DNA of 54,428 nt, from IMG/VR virus record IMGVR_UViG_3300021964_000091, positions 1 to 54,428 of that record; one strand, 5' to 3'. Below the pieces are notes generated by a model that had not been told where the DNA came from, ran no database searches, and saw nothing but the letters and a program-made list of their open reading frames with translations. Shown in pieces: positions 17,100 to 26,384 of this stretch (position 1 is its first letter; every line of letters begins with the position of its first letter). The DNA is from a virus (Duplodnaviria > Caudoviricetes). The translations under genes were made by a program, and so were the position numbers.

Positions 17100-18091
17100 T
17101 GCGAGCCACGTTAATGAAACAAACAATTAAATCTTTGTTCCCTACACAAAGAACAATGGCTATCGAAGGTAGCCCCGGTGGTGGTAAGACTACCATCTGT
17201 GAAGAAGTTGCCAAGGAATTGCAGGTAGGTTTCATCGAGAAACATATGCCTACAATGCTAGTGGAGGACTTCGGTATCATGTATCCCAATGGGGATGACA
17301 TGTTACACTACAAACTACCTGACTGGTATCCGTCAGATGACAGAACGGATATACCTGACACAGGTATCTTGTGTTTCGATGATAGAAACCAAGCCAATGC
17401 AGACTTGCAGAAAGTATTGGCTAACATCTGTCAAGCACGAAACCTACACGGTAAACCACTGAAGAAAGGTTGGATGGTTGTCTCGACAGGTAACCGACAG
17501 TCTGACAGGGCAGGTGCTAACCGTGTTCTTTCTCATCTGCGTAACCGTGAGACTGTATATGAACTAGAGACACACCTTGATGACTGGTGTTCTTGGGCTA
17601 TCGACCATGGTGTCAAGCCTGAGGTTATCTCGTTTATTCGTTTCCGTCCTAACCTGTTACATGACTTTGATCCACAGCGTGACCAAAACCCTACACCACG
17701 TTCATGGGTAGAGGGTGTATCCAATGCCATTGGTATTGTGCCTGTTGATGCAGAGTATGAAACATTCAAGGGTGCAGTCGGTGAAGGTGCGGCGGCAGAG
17801 TTCGTTGGATTCGTGAAGATATACCGAAAACTACCGAACCCTGACAACATCATCATGAACCCTACAACATCTGAAGTTCCTGATGACCCTGCTACGTTGT
17901 ATGCACTGTCTGGTGCTATCGCTGAACGTGCAACTGTCAACAACTTTGAGCGTGTTTGTACCTATGCCGAACGTATGCCACCTGAGTTCAGTGTTCTTAG
18001 TGTCTCGTATGCTAGCCGGAAGAACCCTGACTTGGCTACTACCCAAGCGTTTACGAAGTGGGCGGTTAACCATCAAGATGTATTGTTCTAA
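17096..18091 (+). CDS. MoxR/CbbQ-like AAA+ ATPase
   Basis: Walker A GSPGGGKT, Walker B variant ILCFDD, sensor TGN, LRNR Arg finger, TPRSW motif. Confidence 0.85.
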   Translation: MMRATLMKQTIKSLFPTQRTMAIEGSPGGGKTTICEEVAKELQVGFIEKHMPTMLVEDFGIMYPNGDDMLHYKLPDWYPSDDRTDIPDTGILCFDDRNQANADLQKVLANICQARNLHGKPLKKGWMVVSTGNRQSDRAGANRVLSHLRNRETVYELETHLDDWCSWAIDHGVKPEVISFIRFRPNLLHDFDPQRDQNPTPRSWVEGVSNAIGIVPVDAEYETFKGAVGEGAAAEFVGFVKIYRKLPNPDNIIMNPTTSEVPDDPATLYALSGAIAERATVNNFERVCTYAERMPPEFSVLSVSYASRKNPDLATTQAFTKWAVNHQDVLF

Positions 18092-18519
18092 TGGGATACA
18101 GAAGTAACGTCTGTATTGCTATTGCCTTTGACAGTGTTTCCAAGATGCAATCCTTCCTAACGGCTAGGAAGATTAATGGTACTTGGAAGCACTCTGACTA
18201 CGCATCACTTGATGAGTGGACAGTAGGGCATGGTGATAACTTTGGCATTCTTTGTTTCGAAGCAACGGATGTCAAATGGTATGACGATTATGAAGATGTC
18301 AAATGGTTCAAAGGTATCAGGGAAGATGCCGTTGAAAACTTTGCGGCAAATGCAAAAGAACTACGAGTTGGTGAAGATACCAACGATGTAGAGGAGGAAT
18401 GGTATGGCGAAGATGACCGCCTTGCTGATGTCCTCAACGACTATGTCTACATGAATCGATACTATGTGAAAGACATAGAAACTAAACCTATGAAGGAGGT
18501 TTTCAATGAAACTAAGTGA
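18091..18519 (+). CDS. Hypothetical protein (MGYRS.V family)
   Basis: TAATG coupling; acidic 142-aa ORF. Confidence 0.7.
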   Translation: MGYRSNVCIAIAFDSVSKMQSFLTARKINGTWKHSDYASLDEWTVGHGDNFGILCFEATDVKWYDDYEDVKWFKGIREDAVENFAANAKELRVGEDTNDVEEEWYGEDDRLADVLNDYVYMNRYYVKDIETKPMKEVFNETK

Positions 18520-19366
18520 TAAGGCACTGCTAGTGCAACTGAATGTATCACAGTGGACTGCTCGTAAGTATGACAAGAGAGCCACTGAACAGGTTGCACA
18601 ACAAAACAATACTGCCATTGGTGCAGGCAGGTATAACAAATCGCTGTTACCTATGAATGATTATCTCGATAATGTTCATAAGAAAACAACAGCAATCAGA
18701 GCAAAGTATTATGCCAATACCCTACCATGGGGTATCGAAGGCACAATGCTACTACCATCTGCAAACTATCTGAACTTCATGACTGAGTTCAGGAAAGAGA
18801 AAGCAGAATGGCAACAACTTGTGGATACATTTTGGAATGAGTATCCACGATTGAAGCAAGACGCACAACGATACTTGGGTAATCTATACAACGCAAGTGA
18901 CTACCCAATGCTTCACGATATACAGCGTAGATTCAATATGGATTTGGCTGTATTCCCTGTGCCATCTAACGACTTCCGTGTTCAGATATCAGACGATGAG
19001 TTATCTCGTATTCAATCTGATGTTGAAGCACGAGTTCAGGATGCGGCACAACAAGCGATGAAGGAAGCATGGCAAAGGCTGTATGACAAAGTCAAACATA
19101 TGGCTGAGAAACTTGCTGATCCCAAGGCTGTGTTCAGAGATACATTGGTTGAGAATACCAAGGAAGTATGTGCTGTCTTATCAAGACTTAACTTTGCTGA
19201 TGACCCTAACTTGGAAGCCTTACGACAACAAGTTGAGAGTTCATTGGCTAACAACCACCCTGATAGTCTGCGTAATGACCCTGACTTGAGACGTGATAAA
19301 GCGGCTGAAGCCAAGGCAATCATGGACAAGATGGGTGCATTTATGGGAGGTAACAATGGAAGTTGA
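18506..19366 (+). CDS. Helical protein, DUF3150-like
   Basis: All-alpha; SQWTARK...TLPW motifs; position between AAA and vWA genes. Confidence 0.55.
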   Translation: MKLSDKALLVQLNVSQWTARKYDKRATEQVAQQNNTAIGAGRYNKSLLPMNDYLDNVHKKTTAIRAKYYANTLPWGIEGTMLLPSANYLNFMTEFRKEKAEWQQLVDTFWNEYPRLKQDAQRYLGNLYNASDYPMLHDIQRRFNMDLAVFPVPSNDFRVQISDDELSRIQSDVEARVQDAAQQAMKEAWQRLYDKVKHMAEKLADPKAVFRDTLVENTKEVCAVLSRLNFADDPNLEALRQQVESSLANNHPDSLRNDPDLRRDKAAEAKAIMDKMGAFMGGNNGS

Positions 19367-20456
19367 GAAGCGAATCAGTAAAGCAAAGACTGCATTGATT
19401 CTTGAGCATCCGTTCATTGGTAGTGTTGCACTTAACATGCCAATGTCCATTGATAACTCTGTCCCTACTGCGGCTACCAATGGTAAGCGTGTGGTATTCA
19501 ACGAGGATTTCTGCAATGGTTTGAACGATGAGGAACTTAAGTTCCTTGTCGCTCACGAATGTATGCACCCTATGTTGGAACACAATTTCCGTAGAGGTGA
19601 GAGAGACCCACGCAAATGGAATCAAGCGGCTGACTATGTCATCAACAAACTACTGACTGATGAGGGTATCGGTAAGATGCCACCTCAAGGTTTGCTTGAT
19701 GACAACATATACAATGCAGGTAAAGGTACTAGCGATGGTATCTTTAATATCCTACCTGAATCACAGGATGGTGAGAATGATCCACTAGATAACTGTGAAG
19801 ATGGACAGGGTAGTCCTGCTGAACAAGCACAACAACAAGCAGAATGGAAAGTCAAAGTAGCACAAGCGGCACAAGCCGCTAAGATGATGGGCAAACTCAG
19901 TGCTAATCTTGAACGACTAGTCGGTGAGATACTTACACCCAAGGTTGATTGGCGTGATGTCTTACAGAGATTTGTTGTCAAGTGTAGGTCTGACCAACGC
20001 TCATGGGCTAGACCGAATAGACGATTCATATCTCAAGGTTTGTATTTACCTAGTGTATCGGGCGAAACGCTAGGTGAAATTGCTTTTGCTGTCGACTGTT
20101 CAGGCTCTATTGGTCAAGATGAAATCAACCAATATGCCAGTGAGATAGTCACAGTATGGCAAGACCATAGACCGACTAAGGTTCACATCATCTACTTTGA
20201 CAGTGAAGTCTGTCACTATGATGAGTTCGGTCAAGACGATGAACCAATAATCAAACCGCATGGTGGAGGTGGCACTGCGTTCAGTCCTGTATTCAGATAC
20301 ATGGAGGAACACGGTATCAACCCTGTTGCCTGTGTGTTTCTAACTGACCTTTGCTGTAATGACTTCGGTGATGCACCTGACTACCCAGTCCTATGGGTGT
20401 CAACACATTCAGACGAAGCACCATTCGGTGAGGTTGTAATGATGGAAGGTAAATAA
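19356..20456 (+). CDS. DUF2201-like metallopeptidase-vWA protein
   Basis: Start moved to ATG 19356 (GGAGG); TAATNG, HECMH (HExxH), MIDAS DCSGS, GGGT and LTD motifs. Confidence 0.85.
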   Translation: MEVEKRISKAKTALILEHPFIGSVALNMPMSIDNSVPTAATNGKRVVFNEDFCNGLNDEELKFLVAHECMHPMLEHNFRRGERDPRKWNQAADYVINKLLTDEGIGKMPPQGLLDDNIYNAGKGTSDGIFNILPESQDGENDPLDNCEDGQGSPAEQAQQQAEWKVKVAQAAQAAKMMGKLSANLERLVGEILTPKVDWRDVLQRFVVKCRSDQRSWARPNRRFISQGLYLPSVSGETLGEIAFAVDCSGSIGQDEINQYASEIVTVWQDHRPTKVHIIYFDSEVCHYDEFGQDDEPIIKPHGGGGTAFSPVFRYMEEHGINPVACVFLTDLCCNDFGDAPDYPVLWVSTHSDEAPFGEVVMMEGK

Positions 20457-20665
20457 TGGGTAATGTTAAACAACTCTGCATTGAAGCGGAGTCATTGTTG
20501 GTTACATGTCTCGATGAATGGGGCATGACCAACGAACAAGCCTTTGCAAAGATACGCAAAGACTTAGGGGCTATGGCAGAAAGTCATGTCCGTGAACTTG
20601 TAACCAAATGGAACGAAGGAGATAACTATGGCAACAGTACGATTCAGCCAACAACTAAAAGATAA
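20456..20665 (+). CDS. Hypothetical protein
   Basis: TAATG coupling. Confidence 0.65.
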   Translation: MGNVKQLCIEAESLLVTCLDEWGMTNEQAFAKIRKDLGAMAESHVRELVTKWNEGDNYGNSTIQPTTKR

Positions 20666-21302
20666 TATCCGTAGTAATGCTCGGAGATTATATAAACAAA
20701 CAATAGATAATGCTAAGAAAGATGTGCCTACACATTGGGCAGACAAGATATATGAATGTCTTTTTCCTGCTGATGTTATTGCTAAGTTCAATGCACTACC
20801 TGATTACGCATTGAGATCAAACGATAGTATATCGTTTAGTGGTTTTGAACATGCACCTAATGATGTGTATCAAACTGCCGAACATAAGATAGATACATGG
20901 ACTTGTAGTGATGTTACATTAACCTTCAGTAGTCCTCGTAGGTTTCCTCATAACCAACCTAAAGAAGTTATGGGGTTTGAAACAGGATACAGGTCTAAAG
21001 CAGACTTCAATGATACCCGATGGGATTGGTTGAAACCTGAGTTTAAAGAATACACTCGCAAGATATTTGAAGCCGAAGCAAAGGAAGCAAAGTTTCTTGA
21101 TGGTGTAGATAAACTCACACAAACATATACCACATTGGCACCTGCCTTGAAAGCATGGCCTGCACTGTGGGATTTACTAGATGATGATGTCAAAGAACGT
21201 CACAAGAAAGTAGTAGAACGTGGTACTAAAGATGTAGGTGAACTTGATGTTGACCTAAACGATATGACTGCGGCTGTAACTTTCTCAAAACTAACACGCT
21301 AG
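20628..21302 (+). CDS. Hypothetical protein, Nmad5-like
   Basis: AAGGAG RBS; C-terminal TTLAPALKAWP resembles the Nmad5 motif as I recall it. Confidence 0.5.
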   Translation: MATVRFSQQLKDNIRSNARRLYKQTIDNAKKDVPTHWADKIYECLFPADVIAKFNALPDYALRSNDSISFSGFEHAPNDVYQTAEHKIDTWTCSDVTLTFSSPRRFPHNQPKEVMGFETGYRSKADFNDTRWDWLKPEFKEYTRKIFEAEAKEAKFLDGVDKLTQTYTTLAPALKAWPALWDLLDDDVKERHKKVVERGTKDVGELDVDLNDMTAAVTFSKLTR

Positions 21303-21311
21303 GAGGTGTAA

Positions 21312-22223
21312 ATGTATACATGGTGGACGAGTGATAGGTCTCTCAATACCTATGAAGAAATGCTAGCGGCATTTAAAACAGCACGAAACCCTTTAAAAGG
21401 TAAACCAGTTAACCATAACTGGCGACTGTATATGCTAGAAGATAACAAAACAATCAGGATAAATTGTGAAGGCTATGGTAGTGAACCACTAGCCGACGTA
21501 ACACCTGACAATATCATAACCTTTATTGCTAGGGATAATCATATGTATACGATGGCACAGACTTATGTGTCCTCATTTTATAGATGGTTTCCGTTTCTAG
21601 TTCAGCGACATCGTAAAGGTTTATATCGTATTGGTTCATCCAAGAAGATAGATAATGCAATGAGTAATCTCAAAGAAGGTGATAGTCATTACACTCAATT
21701 TAATAAAGTGATGCACGATATGCCTTCATACTTCAAGGGATTGCAGTTCAACTTGTTGACAGGTGATTGTCTTAACCAGAAACCAGATGACAAGTTCATC
21801 GAGCGCCCTGCACAGCGTAAAGAATGGCGTAGACATCTTACCCAATTCAAGAAAGGTTTGAAAGCAAGGGCTAAAGTTCATGCACTTGATGGTATTGCAC
21901 AAGAAGTTCTGAACGAATCACAGGCTCAGAACAGGTGGGATAGGAAGAAACCTGATTGGTCAGCAGATGAATGGCAAGACTTGTTAGAGAATAGTATCCG
22001 TAAGAATGTATTTCCTAGAGAAATACTCAAGGGTTTTATTCAAACAACAATGAGTTCATATAACCCTGCAATACCTAGCCCCAAAGAAATTATGGATACC
22101 GTAGATAAAGTCATGAATGACTTAAGTATCCCAATGCGTAGACGATTCAATGTGTTCGAGCAAGAAGGACACGATGAACAGAAGTATGAGTCTTATGCAG
22201 GCGGTTACAAAGAGGTATCTTAA
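21312..22223 (+). CDS. Hypothetical protein, 303 aa
   Basis: AGGAGGT RBS; long ORF within the operon. Confidence 0.8.
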   Translation: MYTWWTSDRSLNTYEEMLAAFKTARNPLKGKPVNHNWRLYMLEDNKTIRINCEGYGSEPLADVTPDNIITFIARDNHMYTMAQTYVSSFYRWFPFLVQRHRKGLYRIGSSKKIDNAMSNLKEGDSHYTQFNKVMHDMPSYFKGLQFNLLTGDCLNQKPDDKFIERPAQRKEWRRHLTQFKKGLKARAKVHALDGIAQEVLNESQAQNRWDRKKPDWSADEWQDLLENSIRKNVFPREILKGFIQTTMSSYNPAIPSPKEIMDTVDKVMNDLSIPMRRRFNVFEQEGHDEQKYESYAGGYKEVS

Positions 22224-22224
22224 T

Positions 22225-22695
22225 ATGACTGTTCTAGTATGGGATGGTTCTAGTCTTGCAACTGATAGACAAGCCAATGATGGTTCCGCTAAATGGGAAT
22301 CATCAAAGGCATGGTATGTCACCATTGATAATGAAGTCTGTATTGTGTCGGGAGTGGGGCTACTCGATGACATAATAAAGATGCGTGAATGGATCAAACA
22401 AAGTGGCATACCTCAGGAGTTCCCTGCGTTAACAAGTAAGTCAGAACTTATTGTGGTGCGTAGGGACACAGGGCTGTGGTTGTATGAAGGGATACCTTTC
22501 CCTGTACATTGCGGCTTTAACGCTCGTGCCTTTGGTCACGGTAAAGACTTTGCATATGGTGCGGTTGCTATGGGTGCAAATGCACAGCAAGCAGTCGAAG
22601 CATCTAACATGTTTTGTTTACATTGTGGTAAAGGTGTGGAAGTATTTAACTTAAATGGAGAAGGTAATGAAAAAGAAAACAACAAAGAGGGATAA
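22225..22695 (+). CDS. HslV/proteasome-beta-like Ntn hydrolase
   Basis: Start moved to ATG 22225 (GAGGT RBS), giving M-TVLVWDG..LATDRQ with an N-terminal Thr, a downstream Lys and AFGHGKDFAYGA (a GSG..A.G variant). Confidence 0.65.
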   Translation: MTVLVWDGSSLATDRQANDGSAKWESSKAWYVTIDNEVCIVSGVGLLDDIIKMREWIKQSGIPQEFPALTSKSELIVVRRDTGLWLYEGIPFPVHCGFNARAFGHGKDFAYGAVAMGANAQQAVEASNMFCLHCGKGVEVFNLNGEGNEKENNKEG

Positions 22696-23101
22696 GGTTA
22701 ACGCCTATATCTCTAAGCATCCTAATGCTACTGCAACACAAGTAGCAAAGGCAACAGGAGTATCTTATAACTACTGTTGGTCTGTTATGAAAACACCTAA
22801 CAAAGAAGTTAGGAAGGAGGTGGTGTCTAATAAGACGCCTAGGTTTCGTAGCGAAGTCCTCTTTACAGCAGAACAACTCGTCAGCAAAGATAGAGAGAAA
22901 GAACATGGGAATGCCAGTGACAACTGGCAGGCTATTAGTGGCCTTTGGTCTAGTTATCTTGGGTATCATATACCTGTTGAATCAGTTCCTATAATGCTAC
23001 TGCTAATCAAAGTAGCAAGGCTGCGTCAGAACAAGACAAACACAGACAACTATGTTGACATATGTGGATACTCTGCATTGGCGGCTGAACAAGTGAGGTA
23101 A
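22667..23101 (+). CDS. HTH plus DUF6378-like protein
   Basis: N-terminal HTH (ATQVAKATGVSYNY); C-terminal DREKEHG...W..YL...KVAR...DNYVDICGY. Confidence 0.7.
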   Translation: MKKKTTKRDKVNAYISKHPNATATQVAKATGVSYNYCWSVMKTPNKEVRKEVVSNKTPRFRSEVLFTAEQLVSKDREKEHGNASDNWQAISGLWSSYLGYHIPVESVPIMLLLIKVARLRQNKTNTDNYVDICGYSALAAEQVR

Positions 23102-23104
23102 AGG

Positions 23105-24979
23105 ATGGATATCATAACCATAGATTTTGAAACTTATTATGACCGAGAGTTCTCGCTGTCTAAGATGACAACCGAAGCATACATTCGGGATGATAGGTTT
23201 GAAGTCATTGGTGTAGGTATAAAAGTTAATAACCATCCTACCGATTGGTACAGTGGTAATGATGTGGGCAAGTTCCTTAAGTCTCTTGATTATTCAGACA
23301 AGGGGATACTTGCTCACAACTGTGTGTTCGATGGTGCAATACTATCGTGGAAGTATGGTATCAAACCTAAGTTTTGGTTAGATACTTTATCTATGGCTAG
23401 ACCTTTTCACAATGCAACTGTGGGAGGTTCACTCAAAGCCTTAGTAAATCACTATGGTATTGGTAAGAAAGGGGATGAAGTTATCCAAGCCCTAGGTAAA
23501 AGGCGTAAGGATTTCACACCCGAAGAACTAGATAGGTATGCAAGTTATTGTGTCAACGATGTTGACCTTACCTATAAGTTATTCAAGATTCTTGCGAAGA
23601 AGTTTCCACCATCTGAACTCATGGTCATTGACCAAACCATGAGGATGTATACCGAACCAACAGTAGAATTAGATAGTGAGGTGTTATCCTCGCATCTTGA
23701 GCAAGTAAAAGCAAACAAACAGAAACTTATTGCTGACCTGTCGCTCAATGGTTTGAGTCAGGAGAGAGTCAAGAAGGCTCTGATGTCTAACCAAATCTTT
23801 GCGAAGTTACTACAAACAGTAGGAGTAGAACCCCCTACTAAGATAAGTCTACGCACAGGCAAGGAGACCTTTGCGTTTGCTAAAACAGATAAGGAGTTCA
23901 CTGCCTTACTAGAACATCCTGACGTGCGTGTGCAGAATCTCGTGGCGGCGAGGCTCGGCACCAAGTCCACAATAGAGGAGACCCGAACCGAGAACCTTAT
24001 TAAAGTATCGGAGCGAGGTCGCCTACCTATTATGCTTAATTATTATGGGGCACACACAGGTAGGTTTAGTGGTGGTGACAAACTCAACTTGCAGAACCTA
24101 CCCCGTAACGGTGCTATTCGTAAGTCAATCACTGCCCCATTGGGTGAGAGTATGATTGCTTGTGATTCATCACAGATAGAAGCACGAATGGTTGCTTATG
24201 TATCGGGTCAAGAGGATTTACTAGAAGCATTCCGTGAAGGTCGTGATGTGTATAGTGAGTTTGCAAGTGAAGTATATGGCAAGAAAGTGACGAAAGATGA
24301 CAAGGTAGAACGCTTTGTTGGTAAGACCTGCATACTAGGATTAGGTTATGGTATGGGTCACGTTAAGTTTCGTAACACTCTTGCTTTGGGTATGGGTGGT
24401 ATGTCGGTACAGATCGACGAGAACGAAGCACAAAGGATTGTAAACTTATATAGGAATAAGAACCATAAGATTGCTTCCTTTTGGAATAGATGTAACCACT
24501 CATTATCAGAGATTGTAGCAGGCAGAACTGGGCAACTATGTGACATTGTAAGTTATGACGCTGAAGGTATTGTGTTACCTAATGGATTACGACTTACATA
24601 TCCTGCGTTGCGTAGAGGTGATGACGGCTATGAATATATCAATGACGCAAGAACATTCCGTAAGTTAGTACATAAAAGAATTATGACTGGCGAGCAGATT
24701 GATATAGACTGGACAAAAATATACGGTGGTAAAGTAACAGAGAACATTGTTCAGGCACTTGCTCGTATAGTTATTACAGAGCAGATGGCGTCTATTGGTA
24801 GACATTACCACGTTGCGTTTCAGGTTCATGATGAGATTATCATCACGGCCCCGGACGAAAAGCTGACACACGCACAGGAACTTGTTCTCAGAAAGATGTC
24901 GACTGCCCCAACATGGGCACCAACATTACCTGTTGCTTGCGAACTAGGTGTCGGTAAAAATTATGGAGAAGCTAAATGA
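23105..24979 (+). CDS. polA: DNA polymerase, family A (3'-5' exonuclease plus polymerase, Leu762 type)
   Basis: DFET and AHN..FD exonuclease motifs; TGRFS, NLQN, motif A DSSQIEAR, motif B RFVGKTCILGLGYG, motif C VHDE. Confidence 0.95.
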   Translation: MDIITIDFETYYDREFSLSKMTTEAYIRDDRFEVIGVGIKVNNHPTDWYSGNDVGKFLKSLDYSDKGILAHNCVFDGAILSWKYGIKPKFWLDTLSMARPFHNATVGGSLKALVNHYGIGKKGDEVIQALGKRRKDFTPEELDRYASYCVNDVDLTYKLFKILAKKFPPSELMVIDQTMRMYTEPTVELDSEVLSSHLEQVKANKQKLIADLSLNGLSQERVKKALMSNQIFAKLLQTVGVEPPTKISLRTGKETFAFAKTDKEFTALLEHPDVRVQNLVAARLGTKSTIEETRTENLIKVSERGRLPIMLNYYGAHTGRFSGGDKLNLQNLPRNGAIRKSITAPLGESMIACDSSQIEARMVAYVSGQEDLLEAFREGRDVYSEFASEVYGKKVTKDDKVERFVGKTCILGLGYGMGHVKFRNTLALGMGGMSVQIDENEAQRIVNLYRNKNHKIASFWNRCNHSLSEIVAGRTGQLCDIVSYDAEGIVLPNGLRLTYPALRRGDDGYEYINDARTFRKLVHKRIMTGEQIDIDWTKIYGGKVTENIVQALARIVITEQMASIGRHYHVAFQVHDEIIITAPDEKLTHAQELVLRKMSTAPTWAPTLPVACELGVGKNYGEAK

Positions 24980-25185
24980 GTAAGAAAGATAATACATTAA
25001 AGGTTATCAAGGAACTTACCGAGACTGTTTCTTCTACCAATGAAGAAGACTTAGGTGACCTTGTAGTACTTGTAAAAGTTAAGGGTCAGTATGTAAGGTT
25101 TTCTACAAAGATAGATGATACTGTGGGTCTTGTAGGTTTTATTGAAACACTTAAGCACGACGTTCTAAGGAGGGCGGCAGGCTAG
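24976..25185 (+). CDS. Hypothetical protein
   Basis: ATGA coupling with the polymerase; GGAG RBS. Confidence 0.7.
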   Translation: MSKKDNTLKVIKELTETVSSTNEEDLGDLVVLVKVKGQYVRFSTKIDDTVGLVGFIETLKHDVLRRAAG

Positions 25186-25400
25186 TGTTAGATACCTCAA
25201 CGTGTCCATCTTGGGCTGTGTTTGTTGGTGTAAACTTGTTGACAGATAAATTAGTTTACGAGGATGAAGCCAAGGTCATAGCCCATTACTGGATTATTGA
25301 GGGTGAAGATGAAGTATGGTTAATGAATTACCGTACAAACAAGATACATATATTTAACTATCAAGAAGGAGAGTGGGTACCCTATGCAACAAGACATTAA
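25185..25400 (+). CDS. Hypothetical protein
   Basis: Fills the gap; GTG start uncertain. Confidence 0.45.
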   Translation: MLDTSTCPSWAVFVGVNLLTDKLVYEDEAKVIAHYWIIEGEDEVWLMNYRTNKIHIFNYQEGEWVPYATRH

Positions 25401-26055
25401 ATTAGCACACTCTTATTCATCTATTAAGATGTTTGAGAACTGCCCTAAAAGATACTACCATCAGCGAATAACTAAAGAAGTAACTGACACTGGTAGTGAT
25501 GCAACAAGACACGGTGAGCGTATTCACGCAGACCTAGAACACCGTTTAGTAAATCAAAAACCTCTTACATATGACACAGAACAGTACGAAGTATTGTGTC
25601 AAACCATTGAAGTACTTGCTACTGGTGGTGAGTTACATGCAGAACGCCAGCTCTGCTTGAATGAAAACCTTACACCAACATCTTGGTACGCAGGTGACGC
25701 ATGGCTACGATCCATTCTTGACGTTCTGATTCTTAAAGATGATGAAGCAATCGTAATGGATTGGAAGACAGGTAAACGAAGACCTGACTTTACACAGCTA
25801 CAACTATTCGCATTACAAGTATTCAAACATTTCCCTGAGATTAAATCTGTCAAGTCCTCATTCGTATGGTTACGAGATATGGAAATGGATACAGAAGTAT
25901 TCACTGTCGATAAGACTAACCTTATGTGGGCTGATATGCTCTCTCGTATAGAACGAATACAGCAATCACTAGACAATGATAACTGGCCTGCTAAACCTAG
26001 CGGTCTATGTAACTGGTGTCCTGCAAAAAATATTTGTGAATATGCTAAAATATAA
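25384..26055 (+). CDS. PD-(D/E)XK (RecB/Cas4-like) exonuclease
   Basis: SYS...CP, G..IH, D...DWKTGK, QLQLFA and a C-terminal CNWC...C cluster. Confidence 0.85.
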   Translation: MQQDIKLAHSYSSIKMFENCPKRYYHQRITKEVTDTGSDATRHGERIHADLEHRLVNQKPLTYDTEQYEVLCQTIEVLATGGELHAERQLCLNENLTPTSWYAGDAWLRSILDVLILKDDEAIVMDWKTGKRRPDFTQLQLFALQVFKHFPEIKSVKSSFVWLRDMEMDTEVFTVDKTNLMWADMLSRIERIQQSLDNDNWPAKPSGLCNWCPAKNICEYAKI

Positions 26056-26056
26056 G

Positions 26057-26086
26057 TTGACAATACTGTAAAGGTAACTATATAAT
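26057..26086 (+). promoter_or_regulatory. Putative internal promoter/operator
   Basis: TTGACAATACTGTAAAGGTAACTATATAAT, closely similar to promoter P1. Confidence 0.5.
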
Positions 26087-26384
26087 GGCTACTACACCCG
26101 AAGGGAGGATTAAAAACAAACTTGACAAGATGTTAAAGTCTGAGAGAGTATGGTTTTATTCCCCACAGGCAGGGCCTTTTGGTCGTGCAGGTGTTCCCGA
26201 TAGAGTAGCTATCCTAGGTGGTCGCTTTATTGGGATAGAGTGTAAGGCGGACAGGACAAAGAAACCCACCGCCTTACAACTTAAATGTATGAAGGAGATT
26301 GAGATGGCAGGTGGCAAATGTTTCGTGGTCTATGATGATGAGACCATCGATGAAGTAAGAGAGTTTATTAATGCTAGTCGTTGA
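26085..26384 (+). CDS. VRR-NUC domain nuclease
   Basis: E...GVPD...IECK...PTALQ signature. Confidence 0.85.
   Translation: MATTPEGRIKNKLDKMLKSERVWFYSPQAGPFGRAGVPDRVAILGGRFIGIECKADRTKKPTALQLKCMKEIEMAGGKCFVVYDDETIDEVREFINASR

Noticed and set aside
20628-23101. DNA base-modification pathway (Nmad5-like and DUF6378-like genes)
   Set aside because: No purZ, deazaguanine, methylase or hydroxymethylase genes recognised; the two domains alone are insufficient.
23105-24979. Assignment to T7-like or HMO-2011-type phages
   Set aside because: No single-subunit RNA polymerase, no DnaJ-type CxxCxGxG insert in the polymerase and no integrase; a named group cannot be assigned without a search.
25239-25267. 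Promoter at TTGACA 25239
   Set aside because: No -10-like hexamer at 16-18 bp spacing.
25384-26055. Cas4 as part of a CRISPR system
   Set aside because: No other cas genes or array; a stand-alone PD-(D/E)XK nuclease is ordinary in phage replication modules.
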